This document shows, in pieces, positions 25,109-38,577 of a stretch of 64,000 bases of DNA (its first letter is position 1; the number at the start of each line of letters is the position of its first letter). The DNA comes from Microbotryum violaceum (Eukaryota), in contig CDLV01000008.1 of the NCBI GenBank assembly GCA_001244265.2, forward strand, positions 124,001 through 188,000, written 5' to 3'. A model generated the notes under the pieces. The model searched no databases. It was not told the DNA's origin and was given only the letters and a program-made list of their open reading frames with translations. The position numbers and the translations under genes were made by a program.

Positions 25109-25655
25109 TAACGACTCTCCTGAACGCACTTGGTCGATGATCTTGCGCAGCCACGTTCTTGAGCCTTCCCCACCAGAGGAGATATGTCAATGCCTTGATT
25201 GTGTTGGTTCCTTGCTTCTTCTTCACGCATTTACCTTCATCTTTCAGTTTTTCACTTTCTCATTTTGCCCTCCTGTACGACTTGGTCGGTTTTTTAACCC
25301 CTCGCAAACCCTCGCAGCGCATCTGATGATTCACTACTCGTCTTTTCCTTCGCCCTGTTTGCTAGACAATTTCTTGGAGTTTTGTAGGAGCTCGCCGTCG
25401 TCGTCGTCGTCATCGTCATCGTTGTCGGCCGTCGGCGTTTTTCTCGCATAGTTCTTTTAATTGCTCCTGGACACTGTGTTTCTCTTGTTCCTGCTCATTT
25501 CTTGTTTCTTCCCATACCTCTGGTGTGCACTGTCCCCCTGCGCGATACTCCGAGAGAAGAGAGTACGTATCACACAAAAGTGGACGATCGTGGCGATGTG
25601 GTCCCAGGTTCTTCCCAACGACATGCAATAAAATCGAACACACTCATCATTCGTT

Positions 25656-26791
25656 CTATTCCACTTGATAATCACTCTTCCACACCCTCAACCTCGTCCG
25701 ATCTAGAACGATCTCCCACCCATCCCCTTCGTCCGTTCCAGCCGCATTCGGTCTCCCCTCCGCCTCTTTCCACGTCCGAGGATCCCATCGCGTCCAGCCC
25801 CAATTTGCTTTAATCTTTCAATGAATTAACAACGTATGCATTTTAGTTAAACTCTGTTCTGTTGAAAGACGTACTCGATTTGGCCGCCTTCTTACCTCTG
25901 GTTTCTTATGCGGTGCCATAACGACGAGCCATTTACACCTCTTTGATAATTCAGTCAACAAAGCCCAAAGTTCGCTCGTCGATTCGACCAGATGTAAAGC
26001 GAATGAGATGATGACCAAATCATACCTTCCTCCTTCTTCCCCTACCTCTTCTGTTAGACTTATATCGTTTCGTGAGGTACCATCGTCCAAAGGAAGATTT
26101 TTCGCTCGAGTTAAAGCCACAGTAGGTAAGGTCCCCTCTGCTACATCGGCAAACGATAATTCCAAACATGGCAAACCGGTTCGTATCCGATATCCCGGGG
26201 CGGTGAAAGGATCCGAAGCGATGATGTTGAGTGTTGGCATGGGGAGGGAAGAAAGGGGGGACTGTTTGGTCGGTCGAGAGATGACGGGTCGGCGAGTTGG
26301 GGGAAGGAAAGGGGGTCGACTTATGGAGGCCGGTATTGAAGTGGTGGGCGTGGGCGTAGATGATGTGGTCGATGATTCCGTCGCTGATGCTGAGGATGTT
26401 GGCCATCGAGATGATCTCCAAGCCAGCAACGCCTGTCGTGGGCATCGTCAGCAGAGGAATGGTCTACAGGAGTGCATACACTCAACCCACTTCGGTCGCT
26501 TCCCCACTCCCTGCGGCGAGATCGACGATGTCTAAGCTGGAAGGCCGTTCGTGCTCCATGTAACGATCCATAAACTCGTTCAGAACCTAAACAAATGATT
26601 TTGGGAGTTTACTTTTGGAAACGGCTGAGCTCTGGGGGGCCGCTGTAAGCTCGAACGAACCTTTTTGAGTCCGAGGAAATGGGGATTGCGATCTGTATGT
26701 AGGCTGGTATGTCAGCTTCTGCAGCTACAGAAAAGATTTTCGGAGAGCGTACATGACTCTGAGACCTTGTTGTAGTACCCTTCGACACCAT
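25656..26791 (-). CDS. Putative SAM-dependent methyltransferase-fold protein; multi-exon
   Basis: Motif I-like 'IVDLAAGSGEAT'; 'IIASDPFTAPGY'; 'YDLVIISFALHL'; 'LVVMAPHKKPE' spliced to 'IKANWGW...RLRVWKSDYQVE*'. The 5' exon structure is uncertain. Confidence 0.75.
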
Positions 26792-27186
26792 GGCTGGTGG
26801 GGAAGACCGTGAGACAGGAGACTCAGGTCAGCTCAAAGAGTAGGTCTGGTAGAAAGACGTGTTGACTTGCGTATCGTAGTTGGTGCGCATCGAGTGGCTG
26901 AGATTGCCACTCATCTTTCCGGGCTAATGTGGAGGTGCGAGGTAGGATTTGTGCGTTGACTTCTCTCGATCGAATTGGGAGCTTCGCAACCAGCTCTCTG
27001 AAGCGCGCTGCTCTGTGGCTCTCTCCGCCTCTCTCTTTCACCCCTCCCTCACGTGATCTTACAAATTCCAACGTGCTCCCTGGACACCGTCTTCACAACA
27101 CCTTGTCCTTCTCCTACTTTCCTCAGTCGATAATCTCACCTCAAGCTACATCCAGCCACACCGCATCTCAAATCCCTTGGCCCAAG

Positions 27187-28408
27187 ATGCCCCACAAACG
27201 AGCGAAACGCGCGATCCGGGACCAGAACACCGTCGCAGCGTCAGTCCGACCTCTAAAAGCAAAATAAACCTCACACACCGTACTGAACCCTCCTCAAACT
27301 TTGATTCAAAAAGAGGATATGACAACCCCCCAAAAATGGGCGATTCGATCCCTCACCCTAATCATGTCCAAAACTCGCTCCCACGAGTCGCGACGCCAGG
27401 TCAAGGGATCGGTGTATTGGCTCCAAGCGCTTCAACTTCGTCGTCTTCGATGAACAAGAACAAGAAACGCAAGGCGTTGATCGAGAACAAGAGGGATTCG
27501 TTCGGGGGTCGAAAGGATATGGGCGGCATGTCCAAGAATGCTTATCGGTTCGTTATCCGAATCCGCTTGATTCATGAGCAAGATGACTCGGGGGGGTCCG
27601 TTCTGCGTTGACTCGTGCCATATTCGTATCGAACAGCGTATTGAATGCTGTGGCTCTCAGAGAAGAGTACAACACCAACAAGAAACGACAACGCCAAGAA
27701 GAACAGGACAAATTGAACCCGAACCAAAAGGTACGCCCAAAGAATACTTCTGAGCTCTCGTCTCCCGAGGTCAACGATTAGACGGCTGACTTCCTCGTTT
27801 CTCCTCACCTGATTCGCCATCAACAGAAGGAAAAGTTGACTGCGATGCCGTACGAATCACTCCGCGACTTTAGCCATCGAGTCGAAATGTCGATGCGTTC
27901 CTCTATCGACACCGCTATCCGAGGAGCCAAGTCAACAACTCAAAAGAAGAAGGAACGGTCCAAGACCAAAGGCAAAGGACGAGCGATCGACGACGAAGAG
28001 GCCGAGATTCAAGAAATGGAGGAGGAGAATCAGAAACGGAATAGAGAGGCGAGAGGGGAAGACCCTGAAACGGCCACTGGGGGAGCTTCTACGGCGACTC
28101 CAGCCAAGAAGGCCAAGAAGGATACCCAAGAGGTGTTCGATCCGTTCGCCAAACGACAAGCACCGGCACGAGCAACCGAGTTCAAAGTCGCTTCGCAGAT
28201 CCGAAGGGTCGGCGACGTTGTCGATGCACCTCCTACCTTGAAAAAAGGCAAGCGAGGACAGACCAACGTGACGCGGATGAACGAACCCTTGCCGGCGAGC
28301 AGGATGCCCGTCAGCGGTGCGTTGAAGGCATTGATGGAGGCCGAGAGGGAAAAGGCGATCCAGGGGTACCAAGAGTTGAAGGAGAGACGAGAGAAGGAGC
28401 AGGAGTAG
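27187..28408 (+). CDS. Basic coiled-coil hypothetical protein; multi-exon
   Basis: N-terminus MPHKRAKRAIRDQN; spliced exons 'PYESLRDFSHRVE', 'DVVDAPPTL' and 'EAEREKAIQGYQELKERR'; GT-AG introns. Function not recognised. Confidence 0.75.
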
Positions 28409-28595
28409 AGTGACCCGTAGTGGTTTGCAATGCATGTGCGGACAACATCAGTGATCATCGCGTTCTCAACAATGCACTCGCCGGGACAACGAGATGGAGA
28501 AAAGAGATTCACAATTTGCTTCAATACAAGTCACGATGAAAGTCCTACACACAAGCGATGACCTCAAGAGGCCCCAAAAGAAAGCATAATCCCTT

Positions 28596-30317
28596 TTACG
28601 GGCTGGGCGACATGCCACGAGGACCATCGTTCTGCACCACGGCACCGGGGAATTGGGAAGCGCCCGAGTACTGGCCGAAAGGAACACCGGCACCGTTGCC
28701 GCCCTTGACGTTGATGCCGTTGCACTCCCCGAAACCCTTGGCGAGCGTCGGGATCAAGGTCGATGTGAGCAAGCTCAAGACAGTCTGGACGACCGGGCCT
28801 TGGAGGACGTTGGACAAGAATGACGGGGCCTCAGCTTGGATGTTCATCGACAGGAAGCAACCGAGCTTGGCGGGATCGGTAAATGCACTCGAATCATACA
28901 GGCCGTGGGAGAGATCGCCGACCTCGACGCCAGCGAACGAATTGACCTTGCCCGTGTTACCGCCGATGGCGCAAGTGGTGGGGTAGGCAAGGCACTGCTG
29001 CACGACACCCGTCAAGATGTCGGGCAGGGTCCAGGGGTCTTGGAGGCCACCTGAGAAGCGCATCAAGAAGAAGGGGGAGATGTCAGCCACTGACAAAGTA
29101 TGAAGAAGAAATTATGGACCCAGCGAAGGACCCCTCACGCTTGTAGAAGTTGTCGGGAATTCGCTCGTTACCGTACTTGTAGACCAATTTGCCCGACCCA
29201 TCGCGCGAGTACGAGAACCATTGCATGAGCGCCTCGGGGGTGAGCAAGCCCTCGGGGTGTTCGGACGATCGGTTGGCCATCAGAGCAAAGACAAAGTGGT
29301 GCGCCGCGGGGGTGAAAACAACACCGGCGAAGGCGGGGGAGAAGTAGTTGGGGTTGGTGTTGATCGAGTAGAGCTTGCGGCGATGTTGGTGCAACGCGAG
29401 CGAGTCCATCGTGATCAAGCAGTCCTTGTTGACCTCGCACGAGGTATCGAGGAGCTCTTGGAAGAATTTGGGGTAACTGGCGCAGTTGGAGTTCATAGTG
29501 GGGGCGAGGAAGTCACCGCGGGTGATCGAAGCGTCACCTTCGGACTTGAGATGACCATAACCGCAGATACCGGACTCCTTGCTGAGAGCGGTGCCGAGGG
29601 GCAGACCGAGGAGGTCGCCCACAGGTGCAAGGGCGGCCGTCTTGGGACTGAAACCTCCGATACTCCATTTTTGGGTGATTGGGTCACCGTCGAAGAAGGT
29701 CGTTGTCTGCTGAAGCACCTGGGTGGCGGTTTGGTCGAGACCGAACGCTTCCCAAAGCCCTGTCTCGACGGCGGCGTAGGTGGCAATACCGTCGCGAGGA
29801 AGGTACCCGTGGTTGGCGGCGGCGTTCAAACCGGCGCAGGGGCCTCGACGATCATTGGGTCCAGGTGCGATAAAGGCATGGTCGCCGGTGGTGCTGACGC
29901 GTTGTGCGTCGGCGTTGAAGCCAATTGGGAGGACTCGAGGGACACCGCCGATCTGATGACGCATCAATACAAGCAGCGAGATGTGTCAGTCGCAATTAGA
30001 AGCCTCAGGCCATGATAAAAGAGGTCGATCGTGCTGTTGTGGTCCTCCGCACGACGTCCAGGCCGAAACAGTGCACCGGCCAAGGCAGTGGCGCGCGCAT
30101 GGCCCCTAAACGCCGCGTAGGCACAGGACGCGCCGCCCAGACCTTGCGAATGTGGCACCTCGCCTTGGTCGTGAGCACTCGCCTTGGGGAATGGAACAGT
30201 AGGGATTGCTTGACGACGCGAGTTTCGCTCAGCGAGGTACTCTGCGATGTGCGGGTATGCGTCGGCGAGAGTGGTAACCGCCGACAGTGTCGCTGTGACG
30301 GCGAAGGTAATCCTCAT
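28596..30317 (-). CDS. Secreted heme-thiolate peroxidase / peroxygenase (chloroperoxidase family, long type)
   Basis: Signal peptide MRITFAVTATLSAVTTLADA; 'FIAPGPNDRRGPCAGLNAAANHGYLPRDG' (proximal Cys); 'EGDASITRGD'; 'SINTNPNYF'; 'GNERIPDNFYKR'; 'GGNTGKVNSFAGV'. Confidence 0.93.
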
Positions 30318-32099
30318 GACGACGGAGAGTAAGGATGGACAGGGTTTGTTACTGGGTCTCGGAAAGGAGAGGAGTGAAGAAGGAAAGTTGACGAAAGAAA
30401 GTGACAAGAAGGGAAGTGTGAAGAAGGAAGAAGAGCGGGAAGCACGGATGCTCCGGGGTATTTGTCGATCAAGTCCCTGGTTTGGGTTTTTCGGTTGGGG
30501 GTTGGAACGTTAGCGGACGCCCCATGTGGAGGTCGCCTCGGTCCAAGGAAGACAAAAAGGAGGGGTTTACGGGCTAGCCGTTCCGGGATTGTTGGATCAT
30601 CAACACTACGGATTCAAAGACATTGCTCAGTGAGGGGATATGCATTAAGGGCTAGCGTGCCCCGTGATGGATGGCGAGAGGGTGCGGCGAAGTCCGCCAC
30701 TCCCCTCCGTCGTCGGCTGATCTGTGTCGGTCGGGCCGTTGCGCGGATGGAGACATTTCGCTCGGGTGCCTGGCTTGTTTTTAGCTAAGGTTGGTGGTAC
30801 CTCGCTTCATGCCATCATGCCCCGCAATGGCACATCTCCCAATTGCGCTTCCTTCGGCCGCGCTCCCCAGACCCGCCGATCACTCTTTTCATCAAAAAGA
30901 TCGAGTTTTAATTGAACTAGCGCCGGTGTTTTGCGTAACAAAGAGTCCGGAGCCGACTCCGGACTCCGTAAAGTGTCCAGGCTTTTCTTCATTTGTCTTT
31001 GCTTGTTAGGTAGATACCGCCGAAGATAGCCGGCGTAATTTCGTGGCTTTCTAGACGGTTATTATTGACTTTACAGCTAGCCCCCTCACGAGGCGGCGCA
31101 ATGATCTCGGCAGCCTGGGGCCTCTGTGAAAGAACCTTCGCCCGGGGTAGCCCGCGCGGTGTACCCGAAAGGAAGGACCGCGGCGCTCTGAAGACAGCCG
31201 AAATGTAGATATTCTTTCGCCCCTAAGTCTCCTGGGAAACACCGTTCATTATTGAGCTCGGTTCGTAACCGCCACTGCCCCGACGGAGAGAAATGCTGAA
31301 CTTGACGTTTAGCGGCACCAAGCTGTGTGGCTGCAGGTGTGTCGGGTGATCGCGCGGCCCATTATTTATGTAGAAGGCGCGTGAACAACCGTGTAGACGC
31401 TTCTGTGCAACGTTGCCTCCGCCGGGCGTAAGCGTCCCAAAGACGTTCAACGCAGCTGGTAGCCCACAACGCCGACGCAGAAGGCCAGAGTTGACGTCGT
31501 TGACATTGCCGCGCGCGCGGGCAACAGGTCGATGTGCCTTGTTAGCCCGCGGGGTCGAGTGTGGGGCCCCGGGGTCGATCAAAATTAATCGTACGATCAG
31601 ATGACGGGAAACCAGCGCTTCGGCTGAAATGCACGTCATCGTCAAACAGCTGCAGCCCCGTTGGTTCCGAGTCCCGGTTGATTCTTCCTTATACGGGGTC
31701 AGAGATGGATGTCCTTGGACAGGTCTTTTGTCCTGTTGTTCTTCTGTTGAAGATCGGTGTCATTTGGAGTTCTTGGAGCAAAGCACATACCTAGGTACTA
31801 AGCTACCGCACCAGTTGCACTGATCGGCAATTTTCCTAGCACTTGCAAGTGCTGAACCAGCCCACTCGACCATTATCCCTTCCCGCGGCTCGGTAATTCA
31901 GGAAGCCATCTCAATACATTCGCGTGTCGACCGAGTCCTGGGAACCACGGAAGTGGACAAGGGAAGAAGAATTCACGTGGTGGCGCGCGAAGAGCCCCAA
32001 GTAGCGAGCCCCTGAAGCTGTAGGGATCGACCACTCACAGCTTCCTGTAACCAAGTCCGCGCTGATGCTCGAACTGCACGCAGTCGTTTTCAGGCATCA

Positions 32100-33510
32100 T
32101 GTGGATAAATTCCTGTCATTTGTATATGGTCATATGGGTTGTCTCGTCCTTCATCTGATTATTGTTCCTATTTATGGTACTTGATGTTGAGCCCATAAGG
32201 CGAGTCATGAACGCCTCTGGGACTTCAATATCCCTACTTTACTATTCTCTAATCTCTCCCTTTATTAGCTTTACGCTTCACTTTCTAGCCTTCCGCGAGT
32301 CTGTCCCTTCGTCTCTGGCCACTCTGTTCTCGTCCCTGTTCATTGGACTGAGTCGTGGTCATCATCAGATTCCACTTGAGAACATTTCTGCGACAGGTTA
32401 TGAGCCTTTCAAGCTACAAGTCGCTCCGTAGGAAGCGATGGATACGACGTCCTACAAGACCTCTCCACCACTCCAAACGCGTACGAGGAATGGTCGATTT
32501 GGATATCGAACAATCTTCGTACGCGTTTGGAGTGTTGGAGAGATAGATCTTGTAGGACGTCGTATCCATCGCTTCCTCCGGAGCGACTTGTAGCTTGAAA
32601 GGCTCATAACCTGTCGCAGAAATGTTCTCAGCAACGGATACGACGGCCTATAAGATCTATCTCTCCAACACTCCAAACGCGTACAGGGAATGGTCGATCT
32701 GGGTATCGAACAATCTTCGCCTCGATGATCTCTTGGATGTCACCACATTGGGCATTCCAGCTGTTTTAGAGATTCGCAAAGCCGGCCTGCTCACGCCCCC
32801 GGCTACTTCGCAACCGTCAACATCTGGCGGCGGTGAAGATACCTCCACCTCCGCGCCAGCCGCGCCTACTCTTTCAGCCAAGGACGCCGAGAAGCTTCGC
32901 CTCCATGCTCTTGTGCTCAAATCCAAGGATGCCAAAGCATGGAGGCTCATCAAGAATTATCTTCACCGAAATCAGATGGCCATCATCAAGAATTGTACCT
33001 CTGCTTTTGCTATGTGGCAAGCATTGTACATTCACCACTCAACTCGTTTCATGCAACTCGTCCCCGTCATCTTCCGAAGCACCTTCTCTCGACCTGGCAA
33101 CTTTAGGTCGTTCGTCCTCAACTCCACCAACGCTGTTGAAGAAGTACGGAACCTGGGGGTTGTCCTACCAGGCTTTGCGCTTGCCGCCTTGCTCATCCAC
33201 TCCCTTCCACCCGAGTGGGAGAGTATCGCAAGCAGCCCGACTTCTGAAGTCACTCTCATTACCGACTTCCAACATTTCGTTGCACTTTATGCTCAAGTCG
33301 ACCGGCGATTGACAACTTCGACCGCTTCGGCACCGAACCCATTGCGGAATTTGAGCGCATGCATTCTGAGGGCAAAGCTATGGTGGGGGCGGAACGTCGT
33401 GATCACTCCAAGCTGTTCTGCAAGAATTGCAACGCTCAGGGTCATAGTACCAAGTGGTCTGGCTGTCCCTCCAAGTCTAATTGGGAGTCTGATGGATTCA
33501 AAGCCATGAT
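32100..33510 (+). mobile_element. Ty1/Copia LTR retrotransposon relic (5' LTR end, PBS, gag; no pol in view)
   Basis: LTR end ...CA at 32395 followed directly by GGTTATGAGCC (32396-32406), the Ty5/copia-type half-tRNAiMet PBS. Gag ORF 32622-33509 ('YREWSIWV...KDAKAWRLIKNYL...CTSAFAMWQAL...LIHSLPPEWESI'). Frameshifted zinc knuckle CKNCNAQGHSTKWSGC at ~33419. The left LTR boundary is a guess. Confidence 0.85.
32377..32630. repeat. Long inverted repeat (arms ~110 bp, loop ~30 nt) followed by a third, direct copy
   Basis: 32377-32486 is the near-perfect reverse complement of 32517-32630. 32636-32719 is a direct copy of ~32440-32519. Confidence 0.95.
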
Positions 33511-33903
33511 GGTCGGCTTCAATCACTGGTCAATCTGATTCACACATTCGGTCATATGGGCAACTCAATCTGATCCCCCGTCTCTATTCTCCATGGTCTT
33601 ATCGGTATTTGTTTCAATCCGATCCACCTTCTCTATCGTTCGGTCTTATCGCGATCCTTTTCAACTGCATACATCGATCCATTTTCCCCCCCCCCCCTTG
33701 GTCTATTTACGCGATTGTTCCCCAGGCTGCACCCAACCGCATCTGGTGGATTGGTACATCCTCACATCTGACGAACGTCCCACAATAAATTACTTCTGCA
33801 CCCTGCTTTGAATGCGCGTTGTAACACGAGGAGGTGAGGATTACTCCATAAAAGCAATTCGTCAGGTTCGCGCTGTCACGGTCCGACGCGCTCGCGAGCC
33901 GAC

Positions 33904-34908
33904 GTGATGCACGCGCGGTGTCGGTTCATCTCACGCCGAAGCAGCGCCGTGCTGGTGACCCCTCTCGCTCATTCCTCATCTCGAACTATCCCATCGGATC
34001 AACGATCGACAATCGACGAGCAACCACGGGAATCTTGCCCTATGACAGCACAGACGTCGTCTGCATTCACCCTTTCCGACCACCCTAGCTCTCGATCATC
34101 GACGCTCCTCTCAATATCGATCAAGTCCGAAGAGGACGAGACAGGAGAGACTGATCCGAAGCTCCTCGATCTCAGCTTGACCCGCAGCCACGATGGTGAC
34201 GAGCCCGACCAGGAAATTGAAGAACTTGGAGCTTTTGCATTAAATGAGACGAGGTTGATCTTATTGGGACAGGAGGTTGTTCAAGTCTCGTTGGATCTTG
34301 ATGGGTGAGTGTGGTGCATCTGTCCTCAAGTGAAGGCGGGCCCGATTCGTACGACACGACAGAGGCTTGTGCGACGTACGACGGAGAAATTGATCTCGGA
34401 CTACCAAATATGTTGGACCGAGTACAGAACCCGCGAGACGGATTTGAAACCTTTGCTGAAGGTCCACGAGCAAAGACGTTCGCAGATCACAGTGAGTAGC
34501 TCTTCTTTCGTCTGGATACGTCTGATCGGATTCTCGAACAAGGACGGGCCAGGCTTCGCTCCCTCCGACCTGACTCCACACAGCCAATTCCGCACTCATC
34601 CCTACCGTCAGGACATCATCGTCACCATCTTACACCTCCAACTCCATCACCATCCTCTTCCAGACCATTTCATTCTCCTCGACTCGGAATTCGAACTCAA
34701 CTGTTGTAAATCTCTCGACCCTTCGTTCCAGCGAGACCCCTCCGAACTACACCTCCTGATCATTTTTCTCCTGCCATCTACAGATCAACAAAGTTGGGCT
34801 GTGATGCGATCGAGGTGGTCGTGGTCTTTGAACGGTCGACCGATCGAGGGAAGGAAAAAAAAGTGGCGCTTCGTACTGGGTGCGCCTCTGAAACCAAGTC
34901 TCGTGTGA
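33904..34908 (+). pseudogene. Possible gene fragment or pseudogene with one in-frame TGA
   Basis: Single reading frame 33904-34908 interrupted only by TGA 34306-34308; candidate in-frame intron 34492-34611; protein-like composition but no recognised family. Confidence 0.35.
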
Positions 34909-35067
34909 TATGGCTTTTATCACATCACCCCCCGTTGAAGCATGCACGATGTCGCTTTGCTTTGCTTGCACGGAGTCCAGGGCTAGATATAGTAGCAAAC
35001 GAGGTGGATTGCAGGCAAAAAACGAAAAAGGTCGTGAAAGAGGGCAGAACAAGATGAAACGCAGTTT

Positions 35068-37078
<2,011 letters not shown>

Positions 37079-37195
37079 GTCGGATCAAGCGATGACGAGC
37101 AGAATTCGGGTAGTTGACGGGAGCGCAAGCCGGATCACTTGACGAGCGACGCAGTGGCCGCGTCACCGCTCGAACCGATTTCAAAGCCACGCCCA

Positions 37196-37237
37196 GCCAG
37201 TAATTTACCTAATAAGGCCAGTAATTTACCTAATAAG
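37196..37237. repeat. Perfect 21-bp tandem duplication upstream of RPT2
   Basis: GCCAGTAATTTACCTAATAAG x2. Confidence 0.95.
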
Positions 37238-37547
37238 GAGCGAACAACGGGAAACGACGAAGCATGAATCGTCGAACTAGTGCAAGTGAATCAGATGGTC
37301 AAGGCCACAGAGCAACATCATGAATGTTCTGGGTTGTGTCTACCTGGTCGGTCGGGACGCAAAGACAACACCGAAAAGAGGTCCGAGCGGCCACAGCAGC
37401 CACCCAGAAACTATCTCTTTTTCAACCCGAAACGAAGCACGCCGATAGCAATGAGTATGATACCGCTGAGGCAAGGTGACATTGATTTACAACAAGTGAT
37501 TTGCACGGGTACAAAAAACAAAAAGCCATGACTTCAAAGAAACGCTC

Positions 37548-38123
37548 TCAAGCATCGGCGCCAATCTTGTCTCCCTTCTTGCTCTTACTGTCAGGCACAT
37601 AATGTAAGAAAGCACAATCAGCAATCAAAGTTTATACTTCGTCATATGCAGAATTACTCACGTCGGCAGGAGTTCGGAGTGAATGTTGGGCAAAACACCA
37701 CCTTGCGAGATGACGACGGCGCCGAGCAGACGGTTCAACTCCTCGTCGTTGCGGATCGCGAGTTGCAAGTGACGGGGGATGATACGCGACTTTTTGTTAT
37801 CACGAGCGGCGTTACCGGCCAATTCGAGGATCTCGGCGGCCAGGTATTCGAGCACGGCGGCGAGGTAGACTGGCGCACCGGCACCGACACGTTGGGCGTA
37901 GTTGCCTCGTCGCAACAATCGATGGATACGACCGACGGGGAATTGAAGACCGGCCTTGGACGATCGCGACTGAGTCTTGGAGTCGGCTCCGGCCTTGGCC
38001 TTTCCACCTGAGTAGCGGAGAAAGACGGAGAACGGATCAGTAACCTGCGCCAAAGTCGACGCCGATGAGGCTGAGCGGACAGAGCGAGTTCAGCAGCATA
38101 CCTGATTTGCCACCGGAAGACAT
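37548..38123 (-). CDS. HTA1: Histone H2A (2 introns)
   Basis: '[43 protein letters not shown]...[13 protein letters not shown]'; last exon [13 protein letters not shown]. Confidence 0.98.
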
Positions 38124-38577
38124 GTTGTTTAGAAGGGTGTGGGTGGTTGGGGGTGAGGTTTGGGGATGAAAGTGTGTTATACGAAGAGAGCAGTTGTGTG
38201 AAGGAAGAAGCAAAGAGAGAAGCGAGCCCAACTCACGAACGCACCTGTGTGCACTATTGCGCAAGGCGGTCGAGCATGACTCGAGTTAGTTGATTCGGCA
38301 AGACTGGCCGCGACACCGTGGCCAACGCCGGCTAGCGCGCCCGCAGAGGCGCTGACGTGGGCTGATGTGGACCCATTATGCCAGCGTGGCACACGTCACG
38401 AAAACGAGCACCTCAGCAAGCAACCGCTTTTGTTTCCACGCGCTTACAAAAATCGAATTTCATCACCTCACGCGCTCCAACAACTCTCTCCTTCCTCCTC
38501 ATCACAAGTCTCAAACTTTGCCGCTCCCAACCCACCACCACACCACCACACCACACCACCCAACCACCTCATCCACA
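38124..38577. promoter_or_regulatory. Bidirectional H2A/H2B promoter
   Basis: 454 bp between divergent ATGs; SCB-like CACGAAA at 38397; ACGCG cores at 38438 and 38470. Confidence 0.7.

Noticed and set aside
21905-30317. Secondary-metabolite biosynthetic gene cluster
   Set aside because: No PKS, NRPS, terpene synthase or transporter. Kept only as a low-interest linkage observation.
30943-30966. Hairpin as a Helitron 3' end
   Set aside because: No CTRR terminus at the expected short distance and no Rep/helicase remnants.
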